Positions 1 to 11,111 of a stretch of 64,000 nt of DNA are shown here, in pieces. How positions within the stretch are numbered: the first letter of the stretch is position 1; every line of letters begins with the position of its first letter. Origin of the DNA: an uncultured Hyphomicrobiales bacterium (GTDB taxonomy: Bacteria > Bacteroidota > Ignavibacteria > Kapaibacteriales > UBA2268); contig CAYYPE010000002.1 of NCBI GenBank assembly GCA_964473465.1, positions 48,487-112,486 of the forward strand. The letters are read 5' to 3'. Made by a program: the position numbers and the translations under genes. The notes under the pieces were generated by a model, which saw nothing but the letters and a program-made list of their open reading frames with translations, searched no databases and was not told the DNA's origin.

Positions 1-347
1 TCGAAAATTTGTTTAAACAGGTATTGACCAATTAAATCCAATGAAGGTTTGCCTTTCTTTTTTAAAAGCTCTGAAAGCAAATTGAGTTTATATGTTCCGG
101 GCTTTTTGAATTCAAAAGAATTACCGGTTTCATGATATAGACAGATATAAGATTTTTCGGGAAGCTTGATTTCATCAGAGAATTTCAAATCTGAGCCTGT
201 TTTAACTGTTGTCCAGTTTTTTTCGTTTAATCCCTTTTTAGTAATTTCTCCATACATAGAAAGCACAAGAAAATCAGAAGACAAAATTTCTGAAGTGGAT
301 AAAGAAAAAAACAAAACAAGGGAAAAAAGTAATAATTTGATTTTCAT
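1..347 (-). CDS. Partial secreted hypothetical protein (5' part; runs off the left edge)
   Basis: Manual translation from ATG at 347: MKIKLLLFSLVLFFSLSTSEILSSDFLVLSMYGEITKKGLNEKNWTTVKTGSDL... stays open to the window edge. Signal-peptide-like N-terminus and AGGAG SD upstream. Not in the ORF track. Confidence 0.75.
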   Translation of the reverse strand, partial: MKIKLLLFSLVLFFSLSTSEILSSDFLVLSMYGEITKKGLNEKNWTTVKTGSDLKFSDEIKLPEKSYICLYHETGNSFEFKKPGTYKLNLLSELLKKKGKPSLDLIGQYLFKQIF

Positions 348-494
348 TAATTACTCCTAATGTTTTTCAGATTAAAACGTCTTTTTATTTGATGAATTGA
401 TTACTATGGCATAGACAAATAATTATTACAAATATTTGATTACAGAAATCATTCTAAGGCTTTTTTATGGATTTTTTTATTGGCTTTTTTTCGA

Positions 495-502
495 TAATTT
501 TG
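495..502 (+). promoter_or_regulatory. Bacteroidota-type -7 promoter element (TAnnTTTG) for the nfnAB-like pair
   Basis: TAATTTTG about 70 nt upstream of ATG 570. Confidence 0.45.
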
Positions 503-569
503 TAGTTTTTTAAAGAATTTTTGAAAATCATATTTAATTAATTTTAAAAGTAAACAACAGGTAATAATT

Positions 570-2844
<2,275 letters not shown>

Positions 2845-2866
2845 AAAATCTTATTTAAAAATAAAG

Positions 2867-2900
2867 AAGCCCTGATTTATCTTTTCAGGGCTTTTTTTTT
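2867..2900. terminator. Bidirectional intrinsic terminator between convergent nfnB and glnA
   Basis: AAGCCCTGA...TCAGGGCTT stem followed by a T run. Confidence 0.8.
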
Positions 2901-4446
2901 AGCATCTGTGTATGTCTCTGTGCATTATTCTGCGGGATTCAACAATTTGCTCTTCCTCAGCCATTGAAAGTAGTCTGCTGTTTAGATACCTGTCATTTTC
3001 CGATTGTAGCAACTTAGCTACATAATTTATCACCTGAGATGGGAAAATATTATCTCTTTCATACAAATCTTTTTGTTGTAAGAGCTTTTCTGAGGATTCG
3101 GCACAACTTGTTGCAAGTTCGCTGAGTTCCGAGAAATTAGGTGAACTCTGAATATTAGCCGGAACTTTGCACATTTTAGCAATATCAATTGAAGTTTTGG
3201 CGTTAGATAGTCCCCATTCGACAGCCATAGTAATTCCGGAAAGCAGTAAATGGGCGTTTGCACTTCCATCAGGACTCCTAAGCTCAACAGTCTGCCTTGA
3301 ATTTTCATAATTCAGAGGTTCTTTTTGAGCTGGATTAATTTTTTGAGCCAGATTTTTAGCCTTTGTCCATGCCAGAGGAACTCTTATTAAGGCACTACGA
3401 TTTGAATCGCTCCAGCAAACCTTTGTTGGTGCTTCCTGATTAGGAACAAGTCTAAGGTAGGAAGCAGAAACCATATTGCCAAAAGCAGTTAAGCTTGGTG
3501 CATAATGGCATAGACCCCCAATAAGTTTTAATGATTCTTCGCTTAATTCTCCTGATTCATCTGTCATGATATTTTTTCCATTTTTAAGAAGAGCCATGTG
3601 AATGTGAAGTCCGTTGCCGGCATGACCTTGCTCAAGTTTAGGAAAGAAGGTTGCTACGAAACCATGCTTATAAGCAACATTTCTTATAATCCAGCTTCCA
3701 ATCACTAAATTATCAGCCGAATCTTCAACATTTGTAGGTAAAAACTCTATTTCAACCTGCTCGGCACTTTTGCCGTTCAGTTCGGGGAAGTCGCTCTTGA
3801 CATAATCAAGGGAACCAACCTCATTGTGGGCATATTTTACATTTCCGGTTATTTGTGTCATATATTTTAGCATTTCATTAAGTATATGACCGGTTTTAGC
3901 GAATGGAGGTGAAGCATGATAGCCTTTTTGTTTCGGCAGGGCGTAAGATTTATTGTCGAAATTACCAAGAAGATAGAATTCGAGCTCTCCAAGAGTATGT
4001 AATTCATAACCATGCTTTTCAAATAATTTTTTTGCAGCCTTATGCAAAATGTTATCCGGAACAAAAGAAGCTAAATTGCCATCCCTATCGAAAAATCGGG
4101 CTACAAAATCAAGGCTTGTGTTATCGAAAGGGTTAATAAATGCGGAGCGATACAAAGGAACCACATATAAATCTGACTGTCCCACTTCCACAATACCCTT
4201 GAAAAGGGAAGAGCCATCAACTCTTTCGCCTTCGGCAAGCACCAATTCAGCCTGTAATCTGTTTGTAACAGGTATCTTTAGTTCTTTAATCTTGCCATCA
4301 ATTCCTGTATAGTGTAAAGTAATTTTTTCTATGTTTTTTTCAAGCATTACCTTTATTAGATCTGCCCTCGTTAAATCATTTTTATCTTTATTGGTAATAA
4401 TTGATATAGGGTTAGCTAAACTGAAAATCTCTGAGTTATTTGTCAT
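2899..4446 (-). CDS. glnA: Glutamine synthetase family protein (type I-like)
   Basis: DGSS, ELEFY, HNEVG, GNGLHIH, SYLRLVPNQEAP, NRSALIRVP and ELRSPDGSAN motifs. Confidence 0.85.
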   Translation of the reverse strand: MTNNSEIFSLANPISIITNKDKNDLTRADLIKVMLEKNIEKITLHYTGIDGKIKELKIPVTNRLQAELVLAEGERVDGSSLFKGIVEVGQSDLYVVPLYRSAFINPFDNTSLDFVARFFDRDGNLASFVPDNILHKAAKKLFEKHGYELHTLGELEFYLLGNFDNKSYALPKQKGYHASPPFAKTGHILNEMLKYMTQITGNVKYAHNEVGSLDYVKSDFPELNGKSAEQVEIEFLPTNVEDSADNLVIGSWIIRNVAYKHGFVATFFPKLEQGHAGNGLHIHMALLKNGKNIMTDESGELSEESLKLIGGLCHYAPSLTAFGNMVSASYLRLVPNQEAPTKVCWSDSNRSALIRVPLAWTKAKNLAQKINPAQKEPLNYENSRQTVELRSPDGSANAHLLLSGITMAVEWGLSNAKTSIDIAKMCKVPANIQSSPNFSELSELATSCAESSEKLLQQKDLYERDNIFPSQVINYVAKLLQSENDRYLNSRLLSMAEEEQIVESRRIMHRDIHRC

Positions 4447-4652
4447 AATATTTTAACCTCCGAATTAGGGTTTTATAAATAAAATCAAAAAAAAATGTAA
4501 TATAACACTTTTAAAAAATATGGCAATAGCTTGTTAGTGTCTTTCAATCATACTTCTTTATATTTAATTAGATTTTTGATTTATTGGAATTTTACCAAAA
4601 CGCTTAAAATTAAAATAACTCTGTCTTATTTTTTTTATTTATCGCAAATTAG

Positions 4653-4660
4653 TAATTTTG
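4653..4660 (+). promoter_or_regulatory. Bacteroidota-type -7 promoter element for the arginine catabolism operon
   Basis: TAATTTTG about 280 nt upstream of the OTC start, implying a long 5' leader. Confidence 0.45.
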
Positions 4661-4938
4661 TAATTCTTAAAAACCAAAGGGTTATAATTGAGTCAAATAA
4701 ATCAACATAGTGCTTACATAATATCTGAATCTATAAGTCGGGGAGGAAATCGAGCATTTTGTCCGGCAAAAACCCGTTCAGGTAAAATCCATCAATTCAG
4801 GCACTACACAACAGATGCCCCAGTCTAACATAAGAACCCTGAATTTCAGATTCTATATCTTTGTCTAATATCAAATTAATACATAAATTACATTCTAAAC
4901 AAACATAATTATTTAAAATTTAAATAGGTGATTTCAAT

Positions 4939-5859
4939 ATGAAAAAGGATTTTATATCTGTATCTGATTTTTCTCAGGCAGAAGTCATTGAGACATTCAA
5001 ATTAGCTATTGACATGAAGCAAAACAAAGCAAAATATAGTGAAGGATTGAAGGGCAAAGGTTTATTTATTTATTTTGAAAAAGATTCATTAAGAACAAGA
5101 GTAAGTTTTGACGTTGGCATCCACGAACTTGGTGGATTTTCGGTAGTGGTTGTTGCTGCCAATGAAAGCAGTCGAATAGGAACAAGAGAATCAATATATG
5201 ATGTAGCAAAAAATCTTGAAAGAATGGTTGGCGGAATAATGATGAGAACTTTTAGCCACTCCAAAGTTGTTGATATGGCAAAGCATGCATCAATACCAGT
5301 AATTAACGGTTTAACAGACTATTCGCATCCATGTCAGGCAATGGCTGATTATTTGACCTTTTATGAAAAAAAGGGTGAGCTAAAAGGTAAAAAATTATGC
5401 TACGTCGGTGATGGTAACAATGTTGCCCATTCTTTGATGGAAGCAGGTGCTATTCTTGGAGTAAATGTTACAATTTCAACACCCAAAGGGTATGAGCCAA
5501 ATCTGGTAGCATTCCGGGAAGCTGAAGCACTTGCAAAAGAAACCGGAGCAAAAATTGAAGTTATTCATAATCCAAAAGAAGCAATAAAAGATGCTGATGC
5601 AGTTTATACTGATGTTTGGGCTTCAATGGGACAGGAATCAGAGGCAGCAATGAGAAAGAAAATATTTGCACCATATCAGGTTAATGATGAATTGATGTCT
5701 TATGCAAAGAGTGATGCAATTTTTATGCATTGTTTACCTGCCCACAGAGGCGACGAAGTAACCGATAGCGTAATTGATTCCAAAAATTCAGTTGTCTTCG
5801 ATGAAGCTGAAAACAGGCTGCACGTTCAAAAAGCAATAATGTATCAGCTAATGAAATGA
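4939..5859 (+). CDS. arcB: Ornithine carbamoyltransferase
   Basis: FEKDSLRTRVSF carbamoyl-phosphate motif (SLRT variant), HPCQ, DVWASMGQE, FMHCLP; adjacent to carbamate kinase. Confidence 0.9.
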   Translation: MKKDFISVSDFSQAEVIETFKLAIDMKQNKAKYSEGLKGKGLFIYFEKDSLRTRVSFDVGIHELGGFSVVVVAANESSRIGTRESIYDVAKNLERMVGGIMMRTFSHSKVVDMAKHASIPVINGLTDYSHPCQAMADYLTFYEKKGELKGKKLCYVGDGNNVAHSLMEAGAILGVNVTISTPKGYEPNLVAFREAEALAKETGAKIEVIHNPKEAIKDADAVYTDVWASMGQESEAAMRKKIFAPYQVNDELMSYAKSDAIFMHCLPAHRGDEVTDSVIDSKNSVVFDEAENRLHVQKAIMYQLMK

Positions 5860-5882
5860 AAAACATTAAACAAGGTTTTTAG

Positions 5883-6824
5883 ATGAAAAAAACAGCTTTA
5901 ATTGCAATTGGTGGTAATTCTTTAATCCGTGCAGGAGAAAGAGGAACAATAGATGAGCAGCTAAACAATGCTTATGCTACCGCAAAAAGTATTGCACAAA
6001 TGGTGAAACAGGGTTGGGAATTGGTTATTACTCACGGGAACGGACCACAGGCAGGTGCCGCTCTTTTGCGCTCTGAAAGAGCTGCTTCCGAAGTTTATAC
6101 TCACACTCTCGATATGTGCGTTGCTACAACCCAGAGTGAAATTGGATATATTTTGCAGAGAGCTTTGGAATTTGAGTTCCGCAAGATTGGACTGAGCAAT
6201 TATGTAATTACTTTACCAACCATGGTGCGGGTTGATGAAAAAGATCCAGCTTTCCTGAAGCCGACAAAACCTATCGGTCCTTTCTACTCAAAAGCAGTAG
6301 CTGAAGAAAAAAAGGCTACATTAGGATGGGATATTGTTGAAGATGCTGCACGTGGCTATCGCAGGGTTGTTGCATCTCCCGAACCAATTGAGGTTCTCGA
6401 ACTTGAAGTGATTAAGAAAATTCTTGAACTGGATATTATTATTATCGCTCTTGGCGGAGGTGGAATACCTGTTATTGTTAATTCTGATGGTTCGATTACC
6501 GGGTCCGAAGCAGTAATTGACAAAGACCGTTCGTCAGCCCTCCTTGCAAAGGAATTAAACGTTGATTTGTTTATAATCAGCACTGATACTGATAAGGTTT
6601 ATCTTAATTTCAAGAAAAAGAACCATACAGGAATATCAATGGCAACAGCAGAAGAGATGCAGAAATATTACGACGAAGGACATTTTCCTGCTGGAAGTAT
6701 GGGTCCAAAGGTTGAATCTGCTATCAGATTTATAAAGAATGGCGGCAAAAAAGTTATTATTACTTCGTATGAATACTTGACTGAGGCACTTGATGAAAAG
6801 GCTGGAACTCATATTATTCCATAG
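5883..6824 (+). CDS. arcC: Carbamate kinase
   Basis: AIGGNSL, THGNGPQ, PTKPIGPF, RRVVASP, GGGGIPV, EAVIDKD, GSMGPKV. Confidence 0.95.
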   Translation: MKKTALIAIGGNSLIRAGERGTIDEQLNNAYATAKSIAQMVKQGWELVITHGNGPQAGAALLRSERAASEVYTHTLDMCVATTQSEIGYILQRALEFEFRKIGLSNYVITLPTMVRVDEKDPAFLKPTKPIGPFYSKAVAEEKKATLGWDIVEDAARGYRRVVASPEPIEVLELEVIKKILELDIIIIALGGGGIPVIVNSDGSITGSEAVIDKDRSSALLAKELNVDLFIISTDTDKVYLNFKKKNHTGISMATAEEMQKYYDEGHFPAGSMGPKVESAIRFIKNGGKKVIITSYEYLTEALDEKAGTHIIP

Positions 6825-6883
6825 ATACAGTATGATCTGTCTAAAAATATTGATAATAATTTGAATAACAAATAGAGGAAGAT

Positions 6884-7807
6884 ATGTTACTCGATCATGT
6901 TATATTTTCTCAGCAGTTCACTGTTCCAATTCTAATGGAACTTTTCAACAGGACTGACCATATGAGAAAGATTGTGCAAAGGGGTGGAACGCTCGATTAT
7001 CAGAAAAAAATTATGGCAACCCTTTTCTATGCTCCTTCCACAAGAACAAGGTTTTCATTCGAAGCTGCAATGTATCGTCTCGGGGGTAATGTCCTTTCAA
7101 CAGAACAGGCAAAAATGTTCTCTTCAGAAATTAAGGGTGAAATGCTCGAAGATACAATACGTATAATCGCAAACTATTGCGATATCATTGTCATTCGACA
7201 TCACGAGGAAGGCGGTGCAAAGCGGGCTGCCGATGTTTCACCTATTCCTGTAATTAATGCCGGTGACGGTTCTGGTGGTCAGCATCCAACTCAGGCTCTT
7301 CTGGATCTTTACACTATTTATAATGAATGCAAAACGTTAGACGGACTATCAGTTGCCATAATCGGGGCATTGGACAAAGGCAGAACTGCACGATCTCTTG
7401 CTTATCTGCTAAGCAAATTTGAACGAACAAAAATTTACTTTATCGCTCCTCAGGAAATGCAAATACAACCTGATATTCTCGAACATCTCGAAGAAAAAGG
7501 TATTTCCTATGAACTTTCATCTACCACCGAAAATATTATCAATAAAGTTGATGTGGTTTACCAAACCAGAATAGATAAAGACCGACTGCGAGGAAAAGAA
7601 ATTGACCTTTCTATTTATAATATTGATCAGAATGTTCTCAAAAGGATGAAAAAGAATGCAATTATTCTTCATCCCCTTCCACGTTCAGTCGAAATCAGTC
7701 ATGATGTTGATTCTGACAAGCGTGCTGCTTATTTCCGTCAATCAGAAAATGGACTCTATGTCAGAATGGCCCTTATTTCTATGTTGCTGGATAAAAATGA
7801 AAAATAA
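6884..7807 (+). CDS. pyrB: Aspartate carbamoyltransferase-like catalytic chain (variant motifs)
   Basis: PSTRTRFSF, KGEMLEDT, INAGDG, HPTQALLD, GRTARSL and HPLPR; no pyrI nearby. Confidence 0.8.
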   Translation: MLLDHVIFSQQFTVPILMELFNRTDHMRKIVQRGGTLDYQKKIMATLFYAPSTRTRFSFEAAMYRLGGNVLSTEQAKMFSSEIKGEMLEDTIRIIANYCDIIVIRHHEEGGAKRAADVSPIPVINAGDGSGGQHPTQALLDLYTIYNECKTLDGLSVAIIGALDKGRTARSLAYLLSKFERTKIYFIAPQEMQIQPDILEHLEEKGISYELSSTTENIINKVDVVYQTRIDKDRLRGKEIDLSIYNIDQNVLKRMKKNAIILHPLPRSVEISHDVDSDKRAAYFRQSENGLYVRMALISMLLDKNEK

Positions 7808-7838
7808 ATTTTAAAAAAAGAAAAAAAAGGAAACAAAT

Positions 7839-9035
7839 ATGAACTCAAAAGATTTTATTACTTTAGAAGAACAATATGGCGCTCATAACTATCATCCTCT
7901 GGATGTAGTTGTTCACGAAGCCAAAGGTTGCTGGGTTACAGACGTCGAAGGAAAAAGATATTTAGATTGTTTGGCAGCCTATTCAGCTGTTAATCAGGGG
8001 CACTGCCATCCAAAAATTCTGGAGGTTTTCATCGAGCAGGCTCACCTTGTAACTTTGACGAGTCGAGCTTTCAGAAACGACAAACTTCCTTTGCTCTACA
8101 AAAAATTACATGATATGACCGGCTATGATATGTCCCTACCAATGAATTCAGGGGCTGAGGCAGTCGAAACAGCTATTAAAACAGCTCGCCGATGGGGATA
8201 TGACGTAAAGGGAATTGAAAAAGACAAGGCTGAAATTATCGTAGCAACAGGCAATTTTCATGGAAGAACAACGACAATTGTAGGTTTTTCCGATGACCCG
8301 GCTTCTTACGGTGGATTTGGACCGTTCACTCCCGGATTTGTATTCCATGAATATGGTAATGCAGAAGACCTAAAGAGCAAAATCACAAAAAATACTTGTG
8401 CAGTGCTAATCGAGCCAATTCAGGGCGAGGGTGGAATTGTTATACCGCCTGAGGGATATTTGAAGCAAGTCGAAACAATCTGCCGTGAAAACAATGTCTT
8501 GTTAGTGATGGATGAAATCCAGGCAGGATTAGGAAGGAGCGGAAAACTGTTTGCTCATTACTATGAAAATGTTCGCCCGGATATAGTTATAATCGGAAAA
8601 GCACTCTCCGGTGGATTTTATCCTGTATCTGCTATTTTAGCAGACAAAGAAATCCTTGGAGTAATAAAGCCCGGTCAACATGGTTCTACTTTCGGTGGCA
8701 ATCCTCTTGCCGCAGCTGTCGCAGTCAGATCTCTTGAAGTAATTGAGGAAGAAAACCTTATTCAACGATCATTTGAACTTGGTGAATACTTTATGCAAAA
8801 GCTCAGAGAAATTGAAAGTCCTCATATTAAACTTGTTAGAGGTAAGGGACTTTGGATTGGTTTTGTGCTCGATACAAAGGCAAGGCCATATTGCGAAAAA
8901 CTGATGGGCGAAGGAATCCTTTGCAAGGAAACCCACGATAACATCATTAGATTTGCCCCTCCATTAGTAATCACAAAAGAAGAAATTGACTGGGCGGTAG
9001 AAAGAATCGAAAAAGTTGTAAAATCATTAGATTAA
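7839..9035 (+). CDS. rocD: Ornithine--oxo-acid transaminase
   Basis: YGAHNYHPL, YSAVNQGHCHP, NSGAEAVE, FHGRT, EPIQGEGG, DEIQAG, GKALSGG (PLP lysine), HGSTFGGNPL. Confidence 0.92.
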   Translation: MNSKDFITLEEQYGAHNYHPLDVVVHEAKGCWVTDVEGKRYLDCLAAYSAVNQGHCHPKILEVFIEQAHLVTLTSRAFRNDKLPLLYKKLHDMTGYDMSLPMNSGAEAVETAIKTARRWGYDVKGIEKDKAEIIVATGNFHGRTTTIVGFSDDPASYGGFGPFTPGFVFHEYGNAEDLKSKITKNTCAVLIEPIQGEGGIVIPPEGYLKQVETICRENNVLLVMDEIQAGLGRSGKLFAHYYENVRPDIVIIGKALSGGFYPVSAILADKEILGVIKPGQHGSTFGGNPLAAAVAVRSLEVIEEENLIQRSFELGEYFMQKLREIESPHIKLVRGKGLWIGFVLDTKARPYCEKLMGEGILCKETHDNIIRFAPPLVITKEEIDWAVERIEKVVKSLD

Positions 9036-9230
9036 AATTCTTTATGGATATCAATTATAGATATAATGAGGTGTCTTTTCTTGCCGATCCATAAGGTTCA
9101 TTAACTGAAGAATTGCATCTTGTAAGTCTTTTAAATTTATTTTTCGGTTTTTTTATATCTTACAGACAAAAGTAACATAATAAATGAAATCAATCAAAAT
9201 AAATAGTATTATTAATAATTAGGATTTAAT

Positions 9231-10553
9231 ATGTCAGAAAAAAAAGTTCGTGCAATAATTATCGGAGCAGCCGGTAGAGATTTTCATAATTTTAATGTGA
9301 TATTCAGGAATAATCCTGACTACGAGATTGTTGCCTTTACGGCAGCACAGATTCCTGATATTGAAGGCAGGATGTATCCCCCTTCCCTTGCCGGAGAATA
9401 CTATCCAAATGGAATTCCCATCTATGGGGAAGAAGAATTGCCAGAATTAATTAAACAACATAATGTTGATGAATGTATCTTATCATATTCAGACCTGTCT
9501 TATGATACTGTGATGCATATAGGATCAACTGTCATTTCTTCTGGTGCCAAATTTTCTATGCTCGGCTCCTATCCAACAATGATAAAATCATCAAAACCAG
9601 TTATATCAATAACAGCGGTAAGAACAGGATGCGGAAAGAGTCAGACTACAAGGGCAGTCGTCAAGGCTTTACTCGAAGCAGGTAAAAAAGTTGTTTCCGT
9701 TCGTCATCCTATGCCATACGGCGATCTTGAAAAAATGAAAGTGCAGAGATTTGCAGAGATAGCTGACCTTGACAGACATAATTGCACAATCGAAGAGATG
9801 GAAGAATACGAACCACATATTGCTATGGGTAGTGTAATTTATTCTGGTGTTGATTACGAAGCAATTTTGCGAGAAGCTGAAAAAGAAGCTGATGTCATTG
9901 TCTGGGATGGCGGAAATAACGATATGCCATTTTATAAACCTGATTTATCAATCGTTGTCGCAGATCCTTTGAGACCCGGTCACGAGATAAGCTATTATCC
10001 CGGAGAGGTAAATCTCAGAATGGCAGATGTTGTTGTCATAAATAAAGTGGATTCAGCCTATCCTGAGGATGTTGAAATGGTCCTTGAAAACATACGGGAA
10101 TATAACCCAAATGCTCAGGTGATTTTGGCAGCTTCAGCAATTATGGTCGAAGATCCATCAATCATCACTGGTAAACGTGTTCTGGTTATCGAGGATGGTC
10201 CTACTTTAACTCATGGCGAAATGTCAATCGGAGCCGGCGTTGTTGCTGCAAGAAGGTTTGGTGCAATTGAATTGGTTGATCCCAGACCTTATATAGTTGG
10301 TAAAATTCAGGACACATTCGATACTTACCCCGAAATCGGGACTTTACTTCCAGCAATGGGCTATGGCGAACAGCAGATGAAAGATTTGGAGGCTTCAATT
10401 GCCAATACTGATTGCGATTCTGTTGTTATTGGCACTCCAATCAATTTAGGGAGGTTCATCAAAATCAAACAGCCAAATACCAGAGTGTTTTATGAACTTG
10501 CCGAAATAGGATTGCCAAATATTAAGTCAATCTTGAGAAGATTCATAGACTAA
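9231..10553 (+). CDS. arcE: P-loop protein of the cPG-synthetase-like family; probable arginine synthetase (ArcE)
   Basis: N-terminal GAAGRDFHNFN...AFTAAQIPDIEGR, P-loop AVRTGCGKS, RHPMPYG, EEYEPH, WDGGNND, EDGPTLTHG; operonic with OTC and carbamate kinase. Confidence 0.8.
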   Translation: MSEKKVRAIIIGAAGRDFHNFNVIFRNNPDYEIVAFTAAQIPDIEGRMYPPSLAGEYYPNGIPIYGEEELPELIKQHNVDECILSYSDLSYDTVMHIGSTVISSGAKFSMLGSYPTMIKSSKPVISITAVRTGCGKSQTTRAVVKALLEAGKKVVSVRHPMPYGDLEKMKVQRFAEIADLDRHNCTIEEMEEYEPHIAMGSVIYSGVDYEAILREAEKEADVIVWDGGNNDMPFYKPDLSIVVADPLRPGHEISYYPGEVNLRMADVVVINKVDSAYPEDVEMVLENIREYNPNAQVILAASAIMVEDPSIITGKRVLVIEDGPTLTHGEMSIGAGVVAARRFGAIELVDPRPYIVGKIQDTFDTYPEIGTLLPAMGYGEQQMKDLEASIANTDCDSVVIGTPINLGRFIKIKQPNTRVFYELAEIGLPNIKSILRRFID

Positions 10554-10576
10554 AAAGATTTTTCATAAATTTTTCC

Positions 10577-10613
10577 GTTCTGTCGGCTATTATTGCCGGC
10601 AGAACTTTTTTTT
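10577..10613 (+). terminator. Intrinsic terminator of the arc operon
   Basis: GTTCTGTCGGC / GCCGGCAGAAC stem followed by 8 T. Confidence 0.8.
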
Positions 10614-10733
10614 ACAAAAATTAAGAAAATTAGAATATGAGAAATGGAAAGATTTTTAGATTTCTAAATACTAAAATTAATATAAATAATTTTAAACTCA
10701 GTTGAGTTTAATCCCATAATGAAACAAAAAAAA

Positions 10734-11039
10734 CTAAGTAGTTGTTTTTGTTTCGGTAGCTGGTTTTGAATCTTGCTTATTAACTGTTTTTGAATGCTCA
10801 GAAGAGCCATTAGTCTTTGGAGAACTATTATTTTTATGAACATAGTCAGTGAGGTAGAACCCTGAACCTTTGAAAACCAGTCCAATATTTTTACTTATGA
10901 GTCTTTCAACCTTCCCCTGACCCTTAGCTTCCTGTTCACATATTTCGGGGGGGCAATGCTCAAGAGCATTTTCTGTTATTCTTTGCTGATATTCAAATTC
11001 TTTACCGCAAGTCAAACATTTATAATCATAAACCGGCAT
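10734..11039 (-). CDS. FmdB-family zinc-ribbon protein
   Basis: MPVYDYKCLTCG...CPPEIC...FKGSGFYLTDY; start placed at the ATG of MPVYDY. Confidence 0.85.
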   Translation of the reverse strand: MPVYDYKCLTCGKEFEYQQRITENALEHCPPEICEQEAKGQGKVERLISKNIGLVFKGSGFYLTDYVHKNNSSPKTNGSSEHSKTVNKQDSKPATETKTTT

Positions 11040-11111
11040 TTTTTTACCACCCATTTTTTTAAAAACTGTGCATGATAACGATACTTTTTTTTTAATATTG
11101 TAGTTTATGGT

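Noticed and set aside
166-360. 64-aa plus-strand ORF from the track
   Set aside because: Antisense shadow of the real minus-strand gene starting at 347, which has an SD and a signal peptide
9036-9230. Inverted pairs TTATGGAT/ATCCATAA and TGTAAG/CTTACA between rocD and arcE
   Set aside because: Short AT-rich arms with long loops, plausible by chance; no recognisable RNA family
9231-10553. Cyclic 2,3-diphosphoglycerate synthetase function
   Set aside because: No 2-phosphoglycerate kinase in the window; the context with OTC and carbamate kinase favours ArcE
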